Part shown: one piece after another, positions 19,403-30,033 of the stretch
Numbering within the stretch: position 1 is the stretch's first letter
Layout: the number at the start of each line of letters is the position of its first letter
Source: a candidate division WOR-3 bacterium
GTDB taxonomy: Bacteria; Hydrothermota; Hydrothermia; UBA1063
DNA length: 46,223 nt
NCBI GenBank assembly: GCA_039803305.1
Contig: JBDRYG010000003.1
Span: 1-46,223, forward strand
Direction of reading: 5' to 3'
Position numbers and translations under genes: made by a program
Notes under the pieces: generated by a model
Databases searched by the model: none
What the model saw: only the letters and a program-made list of their open reading frames with translations
Told to the model about the DNA's origin: nothing

Positions 19403-20687
19403 TACGCACCTTCCCAATATTTATATAGAGTTCATTTCCAAGATCTTTTCTGTAAATACCTGGAATCCAGAAAATTTCCGTTCCTTTTTGCAGCACCGGA
19501 TAAAAATTTCTTTTCCAGGCAGGTATCTTTCTATTGTCAAAAAAACTTGATACTTTCTTGCCCTCAACCTTGTCTCCTGCTCTAAATCCCCTTAAGAGCA
19601 AGGGAAATATATCTCTATTTACTCCAACACTAAACTTTGAACCTTCACCTGTTTGCGTCAACTTAAAAGAAAAATTCAGATCTTCAAGAACGATAGGAAA
19701 ATCATTTTCACTAATTAGTTCCTCATTGATAGTAATAGTGCTGTTCACAAAGCACAACTCAGCAGTGGATGCGTAAACTTTATAATTTCCAACCCTTCCT
19801 ACTTTACGACGCATGATAATGTCAAAAATTTGTCTAAATTCATCGTATTTTAAATTGCAATGTTTATGCAAAAAAAGCTCTTGCAATACAGAATGATACT
19901 TTGCAAAACTCGTATAATCAATTAGTGTAACGAATGGATATGATTTTTTAAGGCAATTCGCAGCTATTTCACCTAACTGCGCATCAAGATAATCAATTAA
20001 GTTATTAACAATTTCTGTAGTCTCCCTTACCTTCTCTATACTGCCCGTCCTGAGCTCCTCGAGAAGAGGGATAAGTCTAAGTCGCACAGCATTCCTTAAA
20101 AATTTCGTATCGAGATTAGTGGAATCGATAACATAATCAAATCCACTTTCATCTAAATACTTAATTATTTCGTCCCTATAAATGTAAATGAGTGGTCTAA
20201 TGATAATATCTCTCTTTACAGGTATACCTCTCAGTCCCCATACACCTGAACCTCTCAAAAGATTTATAAAAAAAGATTCCACTATATCAGATGCAGTGTG
20301 AGCGAGTGCAATCTTGTTGAATCCATTTCTTTGCGCAATTTCGTAAAATTTCTGAAAACGAACCCTGCGAGCTGCCTCCTCGAGGGATTCTTTAGGAAGC
20401 TTGAATTCCCGTACATTGACTCGCTCAATAAAAATAGGAACCCTATGACTTTCACAAAGTCTTCTACAAAAGTCCTCATCCCTGTAAGACTCGTCTCCTC
20501 TCAGTAAATGGTTTATATGCACACAAGCGATATCAATGCCAAGATAAATCCTGGTTTCTAAAAGAATCGTTAGAAGAAAAACTGAATCAGGACCACCTGA
20601 TAAGCCGACCAATACCTTATCGCCTTTTTCGATTAAATTGTATCTATTAACTGCCAAAATAAATTTCTCCAAAAGTTTAGGATCCAT
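19374..20687 (-). CDS. tilS: tRNA(Ile)-lysidine synthase
   Basis: SGGPDS PP-loop, HINHLLR, EEAARRVR, LAHTASD, IIRPL, DSTN..FLRN. Confidence 0.93.
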   Translation of the reverse strand: MDPKLLEKFILAVNRYNLIEKGDKVLVGLSGGPDSVFLLTILLETRIYLGIDIACVHINHLLRGDESYRDEDFCRRLCESHRVPIFIERVNVREFKLPKESLEEAARRVRFQKFYEIAQRNGFNKIALAHTASDIVESFFINLLRGSGVWGLRGIPVKRDIIIRPLIYIYRDEIIKYLDESGFDYVIDSTNLDTKFLRNAVRLRLIPLLEELRTGSIEKVRETTEIVNNLIDYLDAQLGEIAANCLKKSYPFVTLIDYTSFAKYHSVLQELFLHKHCNLKYDEFRQIFDIIMRRKVGRVGNYKVYASTAELCFVNSTITINEELISENDFPIVLEDLNFSFKLTQTGEGSKFSVGVNRDIFPLLLRGFRAGDKVEGKKVSSFFDNRKIPAWKRNFYPVLQKGTEIFWIPGIYRKDLGNELYINIGKVRNGEYWIFDN

Positions 20688-22021
20688 CAGAAAACTACTC
20701 TGAATAAATCTTTTCCAAAGTTCAGAAATACACCAAGAGCATGATCCTTTCCTTTGTAAACAAGGTCAATAATGGAACCAAAGTAGAAAAATTTTTTCTT
20801 CAAACCAGCCATTATAACCAGATCTCTTCTTACCTTTCCGCTCGGAAATGGTATATTCCTCGGGAACCCACTTCCCTCCCACTTCTCGAAAAGAGTTCCT
20901 TCACCTTTGTTCAGGTACGCAACCCTAAAAATCAAGGAATTATCTTCAGATAAATTTCTAAAATATGAAAAATAAAAATCTACAAGGTCATTGCCCCTCG
21001 GGTATCCTATTGGGATCCCCATTATATTCCATCCGTTGGTGTCAGAAACATGTGTATATGTAAACCTGGGAATAAATACTGACGAAAATCTCAAAATTTC
21101 GTTAGAACTTTTTAAGGCTTCAAAACCGGCAAGGATAGCGTATTTGCTTGTACCCCCCTGAAATATTACGATATCATCGTTTAGGACATCAATAAAGACT
21201 GATGTCCTCTTTTTGAAAATGTATCGTAATGCAATTCCTCCCAAAAGGTTATCGCTGTTTGATTTTCCTCGTCTCTGTCGCTCATAATATAAGGTAATTG
21301 GATTAAAATATTTAAACAAATCCTCATCACAATGAGAAACTGCATCATATAAAGTAAATATTAAATTTGGTAGTGGAGTCCACTCTAGAACTTGGTAAGA
21401 AATTGTCCTTCTCAGAAATGTATCCACCGGAACGGCAAACGCCGATAAGATCTTTAAATTATACAATTTAAAACTAGCCCTATAAATATAATCAAGTGGG
21501 AAGGAATTCCCGCTAAAAAGAAGACCTTCACCAATACGAATATTGGCTCTGCCGACGAGTAAACTAAATTCGTTATTGTCATAACTTAAGTAAGCTTCTC
21601 TGAGATTTATATCCAAAATACTCTTTCCACCAATTATAGGCTGCTCGTCAAAACTGTACATTAAGTAAGACGCATCAGAAAGCGGATGCCACGCCGGAAA
21701 TTTATACGATTCTCTAAAGTTAAAGAAATCTACCTTTGCAAAAAAAGACAAATCTTTTGTTTTTATCCCTAATTTAAAAATCAAGTCAAGATAAGAATTG
21801 AGATAACATCTTCCAGCTAGTTTGAAGCCAAGGAGTTTCAATTCCGGAGAGAAAACACCGCTTGGTCGACCCAAAAGTTCTGGTTTATAAAAGTTAATGT
21901 ATGAGCCGCTACCTGCTTTGATTTCCTTACAACGATGAGCCAATAAATCAAGGGATAAATCCTTTTGAAAAATAGGGTCATAAAAATCACAAAGGAGAGT
22001 CAGTAATAGTAAGAATGTCAT
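20687..22021 (-). CDS. Probable outer-membrane beta-barrel, capsule assembly Wzi-like
   Basis: Short signal; LREAYL..LLVGR..G..LLFSGN, YFNP, DNLLGG, FTYTH..PIGYPRGND; alternating beta pattern; C-terminal Phe. Confidence 0.6.
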   Translation of the reverse strand: MTFLLLLTLLCDFYDPIFQKDLSLDLLAHRCKEIKAGSGSYINFYKPELLGRPSGVFSPELKLLGFKLAGRCYLNSYLDLIFKLGIKTKDLSFFAKVDFFNFRESYKFPAWHPLSDASYLMYSFDEQPIIGGKSILDINLREAYLSYDNNEFSLLVGRANIRIGEGLLFSGNSFPLDYIYRASFKLYNLKILSAFAVPVDTFLRRTISYQVLEWTPLPNLIFTLYDAVSHCDEDLFKYFNPITLYYERQRRGKSNSDNLLGGIALRYIFKKRTSVFIDVLNDDIVIFQGGTSKYAILAGFEALKSSNEILRFSSVFIPRFTYTHVSDTNGWNIMGIPIGYPRGNDLVDFYFSYFRNLSEDNSLIFRVAYLNKGEGTLFEKWEGSGFPRNIPFPSGKVRRDLVIMAGLKKKFFYFGSIIDLVYKGKDHALGVFLNFGKDLFRVVF

Positions 22022-22344
22022 AAAATAAGATCAAATGGAGGGAAGCCAAAATCCACAACTTCTTTCAAACGGTCAATATCCTGAACAATTACAGCAATAT
22101 AGAAATTATCATCCGGTCTAAAGAGTCTTACAAGATCAAACTGTTTACCAGTTTCGGCATTCAGAGTATAGAGAAACTCTACAATTTTATCGTCAATAAG
22201 GAAAGAATCGCTAAACTCACTTCGCATAAACGTAACAAGAAGTTTATATCCATCAGCTTTTGTAAGCTCTGCACGATAATTTAAGTCGTTCTTTTTATTA
22301 AAATCCTCAACAACTTTCTGTATCACATCCACAGTGAAATCCAC
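22018..22344 (-). CDS. Hypothetical small acidic protein
   Basis: 108-codon ORF with GTG start directly behind a promoter; stop overlaps the next gene's start. Confidence 0.65.
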   Translation of the reverse strand: MDFTVDVIQKVVEDFNKKNDLNYRAELTKADGYKLLVTFMRSEFSDSFLIDDKIVEFLYTLNAETGKQFDLVRLFRPDDNFYIAVIVQDIDRLKEVVDFGFPPFDLIL

Positions 22345-22379
22345 CTGTTAATTTTAATGTAGAACTTTCTTTTAATCAA
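22345..22379 (-). promoter_or_regulatory. Internal sigma70-like promoter for the hypothetical-wzi-tilS-hpt-ftsH unit, probably leaderless
   Basis: Minus strand TTGATT-N17-TAAAAT-N6-GTG. Confidence 0.6.
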
Positions 22380-22384
22380 TACTT

Positions 22385-24121
22385 TCATTTTGTTTTTTCG
22401 AAAATAACAACCACTTTACCCCCTTGAGGTCCATTGGCTTCAAAGGACTCTCTTATATTTGAAATTTCCTCCGCTGTGAAATAGCGTTTATTAAAGGAAC
22501 TTTCATAGGTTACGATTACTGTCTTCTTGGTATTGGAGAACTGTATTTTTGACTCAAAACCTGGTTGATTTATATAGAAAGACTCTGGTAAGTAGACCAA
22601 TTTATAACCCTTAGGGACTTTTACTTTCATCGTTACCTTCTTGGTTAACTCTTCGTCATTAAAGATAAATTTACCCCTTTGAGACCTACTTGCTATCGGT
22701 ATATCAGGGTTGGGAAGCTCAATAATATAGTATTTATCAACTTTAGAGCCAAGACTTGAAAAGTAAGCCTTTCCCGAGACCTTTATAGGCTTCATAATAT
22801 CAGAAACGTGCTTGAGTTTTAGTTTAATCCTTTTCACGGTACCTACTAACCCAAAGTACCTTTCATACATATTCTTGACTCTCAAACTTGCTTGGTATAT
22901 ATCTTCTTCTAATTGGGCATCACCCGGCAATCTGCCCAAAATCTCTGCAAAAACTGCCTCTCCTTGTTCCGGGTTTATAACAACTTTAAGCTCAAATTCA
23001 GAAAGATTTTCTATGATTTTACTCAAAGCGTTCTTGTTTGAATCAAAAGTTATTGCTTCATACCCAGCAAAATCAGTTATAAAAGCTTTAGTATTGCCTC
23101 TAAAGGGGTTTATAAAGGATTTTCCGTCAAAGAGAATGATGTTTTCCAGGGTAGATAACGATGGTGGTGTATTGTTCATATTGAAACCGTACTTAAGAAC
23201 AAAGGCTGGCATTAGGCCTTTAAAGCTTTGGGTAACTCTGTAAATTTTTTCGGGAAAAGTCATTTTAAAGGAAGAAATAGCCCTATCATAGCTAAATGGT
23301 ATATAACCTTGTATCCACAAAGGTTCAAAATCAGGACTACTAATATTATCACATAATGCCTTTACCTTGCGAATATCAGAGTGCTCCTTTTTGATACTTA
23401 TCTCTTTGTCCAAATAAAAATGGCTTAAATAAGCTATCAGCGAATCCCAGGAGGGGAAGGTTGTATAGACGAGAAAAGAGGAATATAGATGAGATGGAAT
23501 ATGTCCTTCCCATCTACTTACTTCCGGGATAGGCGGGGTATTTAACGAAGAGAATATGTAAACGCTATATTCCAGTGAATCATACACAGTTTCTGAAATG
23601 CTCACCCCTCCTTTATTGCAGTATTTGAAATTAAATGTTAGATATTTTGGTAAACAAAATCTAATCTCCCTATATTCGATCTCTAACTCTTCTTGAAAGT
23701 AAGCAATGCCGTCAAGATATTCAAAAGGCGACTCCTCGATCTCTATTGCATACTCAAGCTTGGATCCCTTTTTTATTCCTAGGAATGAAATATGAAGTTC
23801 TTTTCTGTTACTAAGAAACGGGTACTCCTCGACAATTCTATCAGCTACGATGTTTATTGCATTAGGCGATACAGGTGTAGTATCCCCACCCGCTGAAACT
23901 GTTCGTGCATAAAGCACTCTAACTTTTTGCCGAGAATCATCAAAAGGAATTACAACAGTTCCATATTTTTCCCTAGCAGTCTCACTATTTATAAATATAA
24001 CCTTTTCAATCCGATAAACCAGGGTATCGTTCCTCACAATAAAGCACTCCTTACTCACACTAATTTTACCTAAACTGCTTAGATCCAATTGAACAATAAT
24101 TGAAAAAAGTAGAAAAAACAT
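22385..24121 (-). CDS. DUF3857 domain protein with a degenerate transglutaminase-like core
   Basis: YGTVVIPF..VLYARTV..G, ISFLGIKKGSKLEY, VYTTFPSW, C-terminal VPKGYKLVYLPE. No G-x-C catalytic motif. Confidence 0.7.
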   Translation of the reverse strand: MFFLLFSIIVQLDLSSLGKISVSKECFIVRNDTLVYRIEKVIFINSETAREKYGTVVIPFDDSRQKVRVLYARTVSAGGDTTPVSPNAINIVADRIVEEYPFLSNRKELHISFLGIKKGSKLEYAIEIEESPFEYLDGIAYFQEELEIEYREIRFCLPKYLTFNFKYCNKGGVSISETVYDSLEYSVYIFSSLNTPPIPEVSRWEGHIPSHLYSSFLVYTTFPSWDSLIAYLSHFYLDKEISIKKEHSDIRKVKALCDNISSPDFEPLWIQGYIPFSYDRAISSFKMTFPEKIYRVTQSFKGLMPAFVLKYGFNMNNTPPSLSTLENIILFDGKSFINPFRGNTKAFITDFAGYEAITFDSNKNALSKIIENLSEFELKVVINPEQGEAVFAEILGRLPGDAQLEEDIYQASLRVKNMYERYFGLVGTVKRIKLKLKHVSDIMKPIKVSGKAYFSSLGSKVDKYYIIELPNPDIPIASRSQRGKFIFNDEELTKKVTMKVKVPKGYKLVYLPESFYINQPGFESKIQFSNTKKTVIVTYESSFNKRYFTAEEISNIRESFEANGPQGGKVVVIFEKTK

Positions 24122-24127
24122 AATGTC

Positions 24128-25984
24128 TTACTCCTGCCTCAAAAGCAGCCACAAATTTTTATATCTTTTTAATTGATCATAACTTTTTACAAAATCGTTG
24201 ATTTCTGCGCTTGTGTAAACCTTCTTATCAAAGCCTAATTTCATTGAAAGTTTAAAGGAATCGGATAATCTTTCCGTGCCTAAGAATATTTCATAATTAT
24301 TCTTTGCCTGACCATAGGCTATCCTTTCACATATAGATTTATATGGACTGTAAACAGATTCCTCAAAATAAAATAGAAATGGATAACGAAAAACAAAAGG
24401 CGTTTTCCTTGATATATTAAGAAAGTTCAAATACCAGATGAAAGTCTCAGGGGCTGATGAGATAGCGGGCTTGAAAAGTCTAATCTCATTTGATCCTGAG
24501 AGCGCATGCAAAACCCTACCCTTTACCCTCACCTCAAAATAATCAGTGTAATCGTATACTTCAGTGAAGCTTAAATCTTCGATCTCAGCATCCTTTCCAA
24601 AAAGAGAGCTTAGAACACCTTGCAGATGTCTTCTAAAGTATGCAGACCCTTTTCTGGCGTAACCCCTAAAATTTTGATCCCAGGCACCCTTTGCCTTTAA
24701 AACCATCAAAAATTTCAACGTATCACCAATAAGTGAATCCACAAGCTGAACAGATAATAAATTATGCTCTTTTCCAAGTGATGGGATTTCTCGAAGGGTA
24801 TCTCCTTCTTCCCTCGAAACTAATACACCCTGCCCCCATTCAGAGGATGGTAGCAAATCACGCCCCCCGGAACCAACAGTTGGATCAAGATACACATATT
24901 CAAACGGTGAAACTTCCAGTGCCACTATGGCATGATTTGTCTGGTCAGATGGTATATTCTCTATACGCATGCCAACAGCAGTTGTTGCATAATAAGCTCT
25001 AAATCCCTGTGCACGAAGAAGCGATGCCAGTAGCGCTGCTTTGTCCTTACAAACACCAGACCTCTTAATCAAAGTAAGTGAAGCTCTATGAGGTTCGTAA
25101 CCTTCGTTTTCACTTTCTATCAGTCCTAGATAGCGTATTTCATCGGCGACAAAATAGAATAGTTTTTTTACTTTTTCCTCATCACTTAGACCACTACACA
25201 AGCTATCAGAAACAGCCTTGATTAAGCTATCAGGCTCAATATTGGACTCCGCTCTCTTAAACTCCATCATTGACATTGTTTTCCATGACGGTAAATTGGT
25301 AACAATCAATTTAGGTAATAAATCATATTTTGAGGGTGAAAAAGGCTCAAAATCAAGTCCCTTTATGTTCCTTGCCTCAAACTTATAGACTGTCTTCCCA
25401 CTTATCAAAGTTTTATGCACCTTTATATTACCACCGTTGAAGACCTTAAACTGAACAGGTTTATCTGGTAACTCTTCCAGAACATATACCTTTTTCTTAA
25501 TCTGCACATCACTACCAAAAAGCTCAATTATATTAAAATATCCCGGATAAGGAGTTTTGTAAGTAGTTTCACCTGCAGGTCCCAGCCAGTTTCCACCTAA
25601 TTTATAAACCTGGTATTCAACTATATCGCCTTTTTTTAAATCCGGTAAATCAACAATTTTGTTCCTTGTTCCCCAAAAGATTGTGCCCTCAAGTTCGGGA
25701 GGTGCCAACACATCGGTATAATTTAAAGTATCAATATTAATGATTTTCCCCTTCCTGATTATCCTGACAAAATCAAACCTCGCTGAGTTATAATACGGGG
25801 TGTAAGAAGTAACTACAGACTTCAAACTCTGCGTTGCTTCGTCAGAAAGTACTTTTATTCTCTTAAATTCGTACCGCTCACTTACCCCGCTTTCCAGGTA
25901 CCTTTCATAGGTGGAATCTATCTCAACTATATAAGCCTGTACCCTAATAAGCAGCAAAAAACTAAAAAAAGTGCAGATTAACAT
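24128..25984 (-). CDS. DUF3857 plus transglutaminase-like (Cys-His-Asp) domain protein
   Basis: LPDLKKGDIVEY, FYFVADEIRY, SGVCKDKAALL, TNHAI, YLDPT. Confidence 0.85.
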   Translation of the reverse strand: MLICTFFSFLLLIRVQAYIVEIDSTYERYLESGVSERYEFKRIKVLSDEATQSLKSVVTSYTPYYNSARFDFVRIIRKGKIINIDTLNYTDVLAPPELEGTIFWGTRNKIVDLPDLKKGDIVEYQVYKLGGNWLGPAGETTYKTPYPGYFNIIELFGSDVQIKKKVYVLEELPDKPVQFKVFNGGNIKVHKTLISGKTVYKFEARNIKGLDFEPFSPSKYDLLPKLIVTNLPSWKTMSMMEFKRAESNIEPDSLIKAVSDSLCSGLSDEEKVKKLFYFVADEIRYLGLIESENEGYEPHRASLTLIKRSGVCKDKAALLASLLRAQGFRAYYATTAVGMRIENIPSDQTNHAIVALEVSPFEYVYLDPTVGSGGRDLLPSSEWGQGVLVSREEGDTLREIPSLGKEHNLLSVQLVDSLIGDTLKFLMVLKAKGAWDQNFRGYARKGSAYFRRHLQGVLSSLFGKDAEIEDLSFTEVYDYTDYFEVRVKGRVLHALSGSNEIRLFKPAISSAPETFIWYLNFLNISRKTPFVFRYPFLFYFEESVYSPYKSICERIAYGQAKNNYEIFLGTERLSDSFKLSMKLGFDKKVYTSAEINDFVKSYDQLKRYKNLWLLLRQE

Positions 25985-26568
25985 ATCCCGTAGTTATCAG
26001 TTTTACCTGATAAAATTCGAAAAATAAAAAGAGAAAAGAAAACCTTAAATAAGTCACCCAGTATAAAGGGCAAAAAGCCTACTTTGACCGTTTTTATCAA
26101 AGAATATCCAGTATATATAGCTAGCCAGGGAATTCCGGATAGGTAAATACTAAAATTGGAGATCAGTAAAAATAACAAAAGTTTAATAGTAGTTCCAAAA
26201 CCTCCATTTTGAATGTACTCTACCGCAAATCCTGAGAGATAGGAAGCCATAGGAAAGCCAATTAAATAGCCAAAGGTTGGACTGAATAAATAATGTAAGC
26301 CACCTCCTCTAGCAAAAACAGGAATACCTGAAAGACCAAGCAGTATATAAAAGATTTGACTCAACATGCCTAGTCTTTTTCCTAGGAAAAGGCCAGAGGA
26401 AATTACTGCTACAGTTTGCATCGTAAAGGGAACAGGCCACATTTCCATCTTGATCTTGGAGAAAAGACCGGTGATTAAAGCAAAACTCAGCGCAGTGAAT
26501 AAGTCCACAAAAATTTTTACGACTTTCCTCTCTAAAGTGAATGCCTCATGAACAAGGTTAACAAACAT
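25978..26568 (-). CDS. bioY: Biotin transporter BioY (ECF S-component)
   Basis: PVPFTMQT, G.PVFA.GG, PTFGYLIGF, GFLPFILGDLFK. Confidence 0.95.
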   Translation of the reverse strand: MFVNLVHEAFTLERKVVKIFVDLFTALSFALITGLFSKIKMEMWPVPFTMQTVAVISSGLFLGKRLGMLSQIFYILLGLSGIPVFARGGGLHYLFSPTFGYLIGFPMASYLSGFAVEYIQNGGFGTTIKLLLFLLISNFSIYLSGIPWLAIYTGYSLIKTVKVGFLPFILGDLFKVFFSLFIFRILSGKTDNYGIC

Positions 26569-26570
26569 AA

Positions 26571-27983
26571 CTAACTTCTACCCTTACTCTTTAAATATTT
26601 TTCAATAAATTGTGGTCTTATTCTCTTAAGCTCGGAAGTTGGGAACATGGAGAGAAGTTCCCAACCAAGGTCAAGGGTCTCTTCAATACTCCTATCTTCA
26701 AACTCGCCCTGTCCTACATATCTTTCTTCAAAAAGATCCGCAAATTTGTAATATATCTTATCGATCTCAGATAGTGCACCTTCACCAAGAATAACTGCTA
26801 ACTCCTGGACCTCTTTGCCCCTCGCGTAACATGCAAATAGCTGGTTGAAAACATCTGCGTGATCTTCACGAGTTTTACCCTTTCCAATTCCTTTATCTTT
26901 AAGCCTTGACAGGGAGGGGAGAACGTCAATAGGTGGGTAAATTTTCTTTCTGTGCAAAGCTCTGGAGAGAATTATCTGACCCTCAGTAATATACCCTGTC
27001 AAGTCTGGTATTGGATGGGTTTTATCATCTTCTGGCATAGTAAGAATTGGAATTAGTGTAATCGACCCTTTTTTACCTTTGATTCTACCTGCCCTTTCGT
27101 AAATTGTAGCAAGGTCGGTATAGAGGTATCCTGGATAACCTCTCCTTCCTGGCACTTCTTTTCTGGCGGCGGAAATTTCTCTTAAAGCCTCACAATAGTT
27201 AGTCATGTCAGTGAGAATAACAAGAACATGCATATCCTTTTTGAATGCTAAAAACTCAGCTGTAGTAAGAGCTACACGAGGAGTGGCAATTCTCTCGATA
27301 GCAGGGTCATCAGCAAGATTTATAAATAACACAGACCTTTCAATAGCACCAGTGTCCCTGAAACTCCTAATAAAATACTCAGATTCTTCAAAAGTAATGC
27401 CCATAGCAGCAAACACTACAGCGAAAGATTCCCCTTCTCCTCGAACTTCTGCCTGTCTAGCTATTTGAGTTGCCAGCCTGTTATGAGGAAGCCCGGATCC
27501 TGAAAAAATTGGTAGCTTCTGCCCTCTAACCAGCGTATTTAAGCCATCAATAGCTGAAATTCCTGTTTGAATAAACTCATTGGGATAGTCACGGGCATAT
27601 GGATTTATTGGTGCACCGTTAATATCAGCCCTCTCTTCTGGTACTATTTCTGGACCACCATCAATTGGCCTTCCGAGACCATCAAAAACACGCCCAAGCA
27701 TATCAAGGGATAGGTTAATTTCGAGGCCTTTTGCCAGAAATCTAACAGTAGTCTTCGGAATATCTATCCCAGAGGTACCCTCAAAAACCTGGAGCAATAC
27801 TTTATCTTCTTCAACCTGCAAGACCTCGCCTCTTCTAATCTCACCAGATGGGAGTTCTATTTCAACTAGTTCTCCGTATTTTACCCCTGGAACGCCTTCA
27901 ATTAACATCAAAGGACCAGCAATGTTTGAGACTGCTGCATACTTTGTTGATCTTTTCCTAAGCAATTGGCTGTCTAATTTCAT
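26571..27983 (-). CDS. ntpB: V/A-type ATPase subunit B
   Basis: [48 protein letters not shown] lies inside ntpA. Confidence 0.97.
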   Translation of the reverse strand: MKLDSQLLRKRSTKYAAVSNIAGPLMLIEGVPGVKYGELVEIELPSGEIRRGEVLQVEEDKVLLQVFEGTSGIDIPKTTVRFLAKGLEINLSLDMLGRVFDGLGRPIDGGPEIVPEERADINGAPINPYARDYPNEFIQTGISAIDGLNTLVRGQKLPIFSGSGLPHNRLATQIARQAEVRGEGESFAVVFAAMGITFEESEYFIRSFRDTGAIERSVLFINLADDPAIERIATPRVALTTAEFLAFKKDMHVLVILTDMTNYCEALREISAARKEVPGRRGYPGYLYTDLATIYERAGRIKGKKGSITLIPILTMPEDDKTHPIPDLTGYITEGQIILSRALHRKKIYPPIDVLPSLSRLKDKGIGKGKTREDHADVFNQLFACYARGKEVQELAVILGEGALSEIDKIYYKFADLFEERYVGQGEFEDRSIEETLDLGWELLSMFPTSELKRIRPQFIEKYLKSKGRS

Positions 27984-29715
27984 TTTCTATCTCCTGTAAA
28001 ATTTTCTCAATCTCGTTAAGCTCCGATTCTGCATAATACTTCATTCTGGCTATTTTTTCCCAAACAGCTTTTCTTTTAAGATCACGAACAGAAATCTCCC
28101 CTTTGCTTACAATTTCTTTTGAAACTTCGTATAGCTTCAATATTGTTTTAAGCATTAGGTATTGTTTTCTGATCGAGGCATATGTATCTACTTCATGAAA
28201 AGCATTTTGGTGAAGGAAATCCTCTCTTATACTTCTTGCTATTTCAAGTAGAAGTTGATCATCCTGTGAAAGAGCTTCTGCACCAACAAGACGAACAATC
28301 TCTTCAAGTTCTGCCTCTTTCTCAAGTATCTTCATCGCCTCAGAGACCATCTCAGGGAAATCTATACTCACATTTTTTTCGTAATAGGGTCTTAAATCTT
28401 CACGATAAAGAGAATAGCTTGTTAACCAGTTAATCGCGGGGAAATGTCTCCTGTAAGCCAGTTTATCTTCAAGGCTCCAGAAAACCTTTACCACTCTTAA
28501 GGTAGACTGTACAACCGGGTCTGATAAGTCACCCCCTGGCGGAGAAACAGCACCAATGACACTTAGTGAACCTTCCCTGTTATCACTTCCGAGGCAAATT
28601 ACTCGACCAGCCCTTTCATAAAAACTCGCAATCCTTGTAGCTAAGTATGCAGGATACCCTTCTTCACCCGGCATTTCCTCAAGTCTGCCAGAAATTTCTC
28701 TCATAGCCTCTGCCCATCTTGAGGTGGAATCCGCCATTAGCGCAACTGAGTATCCCATATCTCTAAAATACTCTGCAATTGTAATTCCGGTATATACAGA
28801 AGCTTCACGAGCTGCAACTGGCATATTGGATGTATTCGCAATCAAAACTGTTCTTTTCATCAAAGGTTCACCTGTCCGGGGATCTTTTAACTCGGGAAAT
28901 TCAATTAAAACATCAGTCATCTCATTTCCACGCTCACCACATCCTATATAAACTATTATATCTGCCTCAGACCATTTTGCCAGCTGATGTTGAATAACCG
29001 TTTTACCAGAACCAAATGGGCCCGGTACACATGCGGTTCCACCTTTCGCAATGGGGAAGAAAGTATCTATCACCCTTTGTCCAGTAAACATAGGGCTTTC
29101 AGGCAATAACTTTTCTTTATAGGGCCTTGGAATCCTTACAGGCCATTTTTGCATCATAGTAAGGTGATGTTCTTTACCGGATGGATCTTTCAGAATTGCT
29201 ATAGTGTCCTCGACTGTAAACGAACCCTCACGTATTTCAATGATTACCCCATTAAGACCCGGTGGAACTAATATCTTATGCTTAACAAGTGAGGTCTCAT
29301 TAACCTCACCTATGATATCTCCTTCTTTTACTTCGTCGCCGACTTTTACCTTAGGGATAAAAAACCACTTTTTATCTCTGGGAAGACCTGGGACATGAAT
29401 CCCTCTTGAAATAAAGTCCCCTGCGAGAATCTTTATTTTATCAAGTGGACGCTGAACACCATCAAAAAACGACTCTATGAGACCTGGACCTAACTCTACA
29501 ACAAGGGGTGAACCTGAACCAAAAACTGGATCTCCTGGACCAAGACCGTGAGTATCCTCATACACCTGAATATAAGCCTTATCTTCTTTTAATTCAATTA
29601 CTTCTCCGAGCAATTTCATTTCACCCACATAAACCACATCGTACATCTTCGTCCCAAGCATACCTTCAGCTACCACGAGGGGACCTGAAACTTTTATTAT
29701 CCTACCGGTTTTCAT
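27958..29715 (-). CDS. ntpA: V/A-type ATPase catalytic subunit A
   Basis: [36 protein letters not shown]. No intein. Confidence 0.98.
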   Translation of the reverse strand: MKTGRIIKVSGPLVVAEGMLGTKMYDVVYVGEMKLLGEVIELKEDKAYIQVYEDTHGLGPGDPVFGSGSPLVVELGPGLIESFFDGVQRPLDKIKILAGDFISRGIHVPGLPRDKKWFFIPKVKVGDEVKEGDIIGEVNETSLVKHKILVPPGLNGVIIEIREGSFTVEDTIAILKDPSGKEHHLTMMQKWPVRIPRPYKEKLLPESPMFTGQRVIDTFFPIAKGGTACVPGPFGSGKTVIQHQLAKWSEADIIVYIGCGERGNEMTDVLIEFPELKDPRTGEPLMKRTVLIANTSNMPVAAREASVYTGITIAEYFRDMGYSVALMADSTSRWAEAMREISGRLEEMPGEEGYPAYLATRIASFYERAGRVICLGSDNREGSLSVIGAVSPPGGDLSDPVVQSTLRVVKVFWSLEDKLAYRRHFPAINWLTSYSLYREDLRPYYEKNVSIDFPEMVSEAMKILEKEAELEEIVRLVGAEALSQDDQLLLEIARSIREDFLHQNAFHEVDTYASIRKQYLMLKTILKLYEVSKEIVSKGEISVRDLKRKAVWEKIARMKYYAESELNEIEKILQEIENEIRQPIA

Positions 29716-29724
29716 CTCTACCTC

Positions 29725-30033
29725 CTAAAACACATCTATGCCAATAGCTTTTAGAATAGCACTTCTTAACTTTTCTCTAGCCATTCCAGTGCTGCCTCCT
29801 GCCCCGGGTATGAATGTTACGGCAGGTGTGGCAACTTCTCTCAAACTTTCCACAATATCCTTAATATCTTCGTAATAATCTTCTTCTACAAAAATTAAAC
29901 CATAATCAGCAGAAATCGCTTCTTTAATTTTCTCTCTAACTTCACTGCCAGTTGCACATACGATACAATCCATACCCACAGATTTAAATGGAAAAACGGT
30001 TTCGTACTTCCCAATAACGGCAACCTTTTTCAT
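29725..30033 (-). CDS. V/A-type ATPase subunit F
   Basis: KVAVIG..F..VG, PAVTFIPG, KAIGIDV; position between C and A. Confidence 0.9.
   Translation of the reverse strand: MKKVAVIGKYETVFPFKSVGMDCIVCATGSEVREKIKEAISADYGLIFVEEDYYEDIKDIVESLREVATPAVTFIPGAGGSTGMAREKLRSAILKAIGIDVF

Noticed and set aside
27958-27983. ntpA/ntpB 26-nt overlap and atypical NtpB N-terminus as a possible frameshift
   Set aside because: An in-frame ATG with a GGAG SD exists at 27983 and both proteins are full length.
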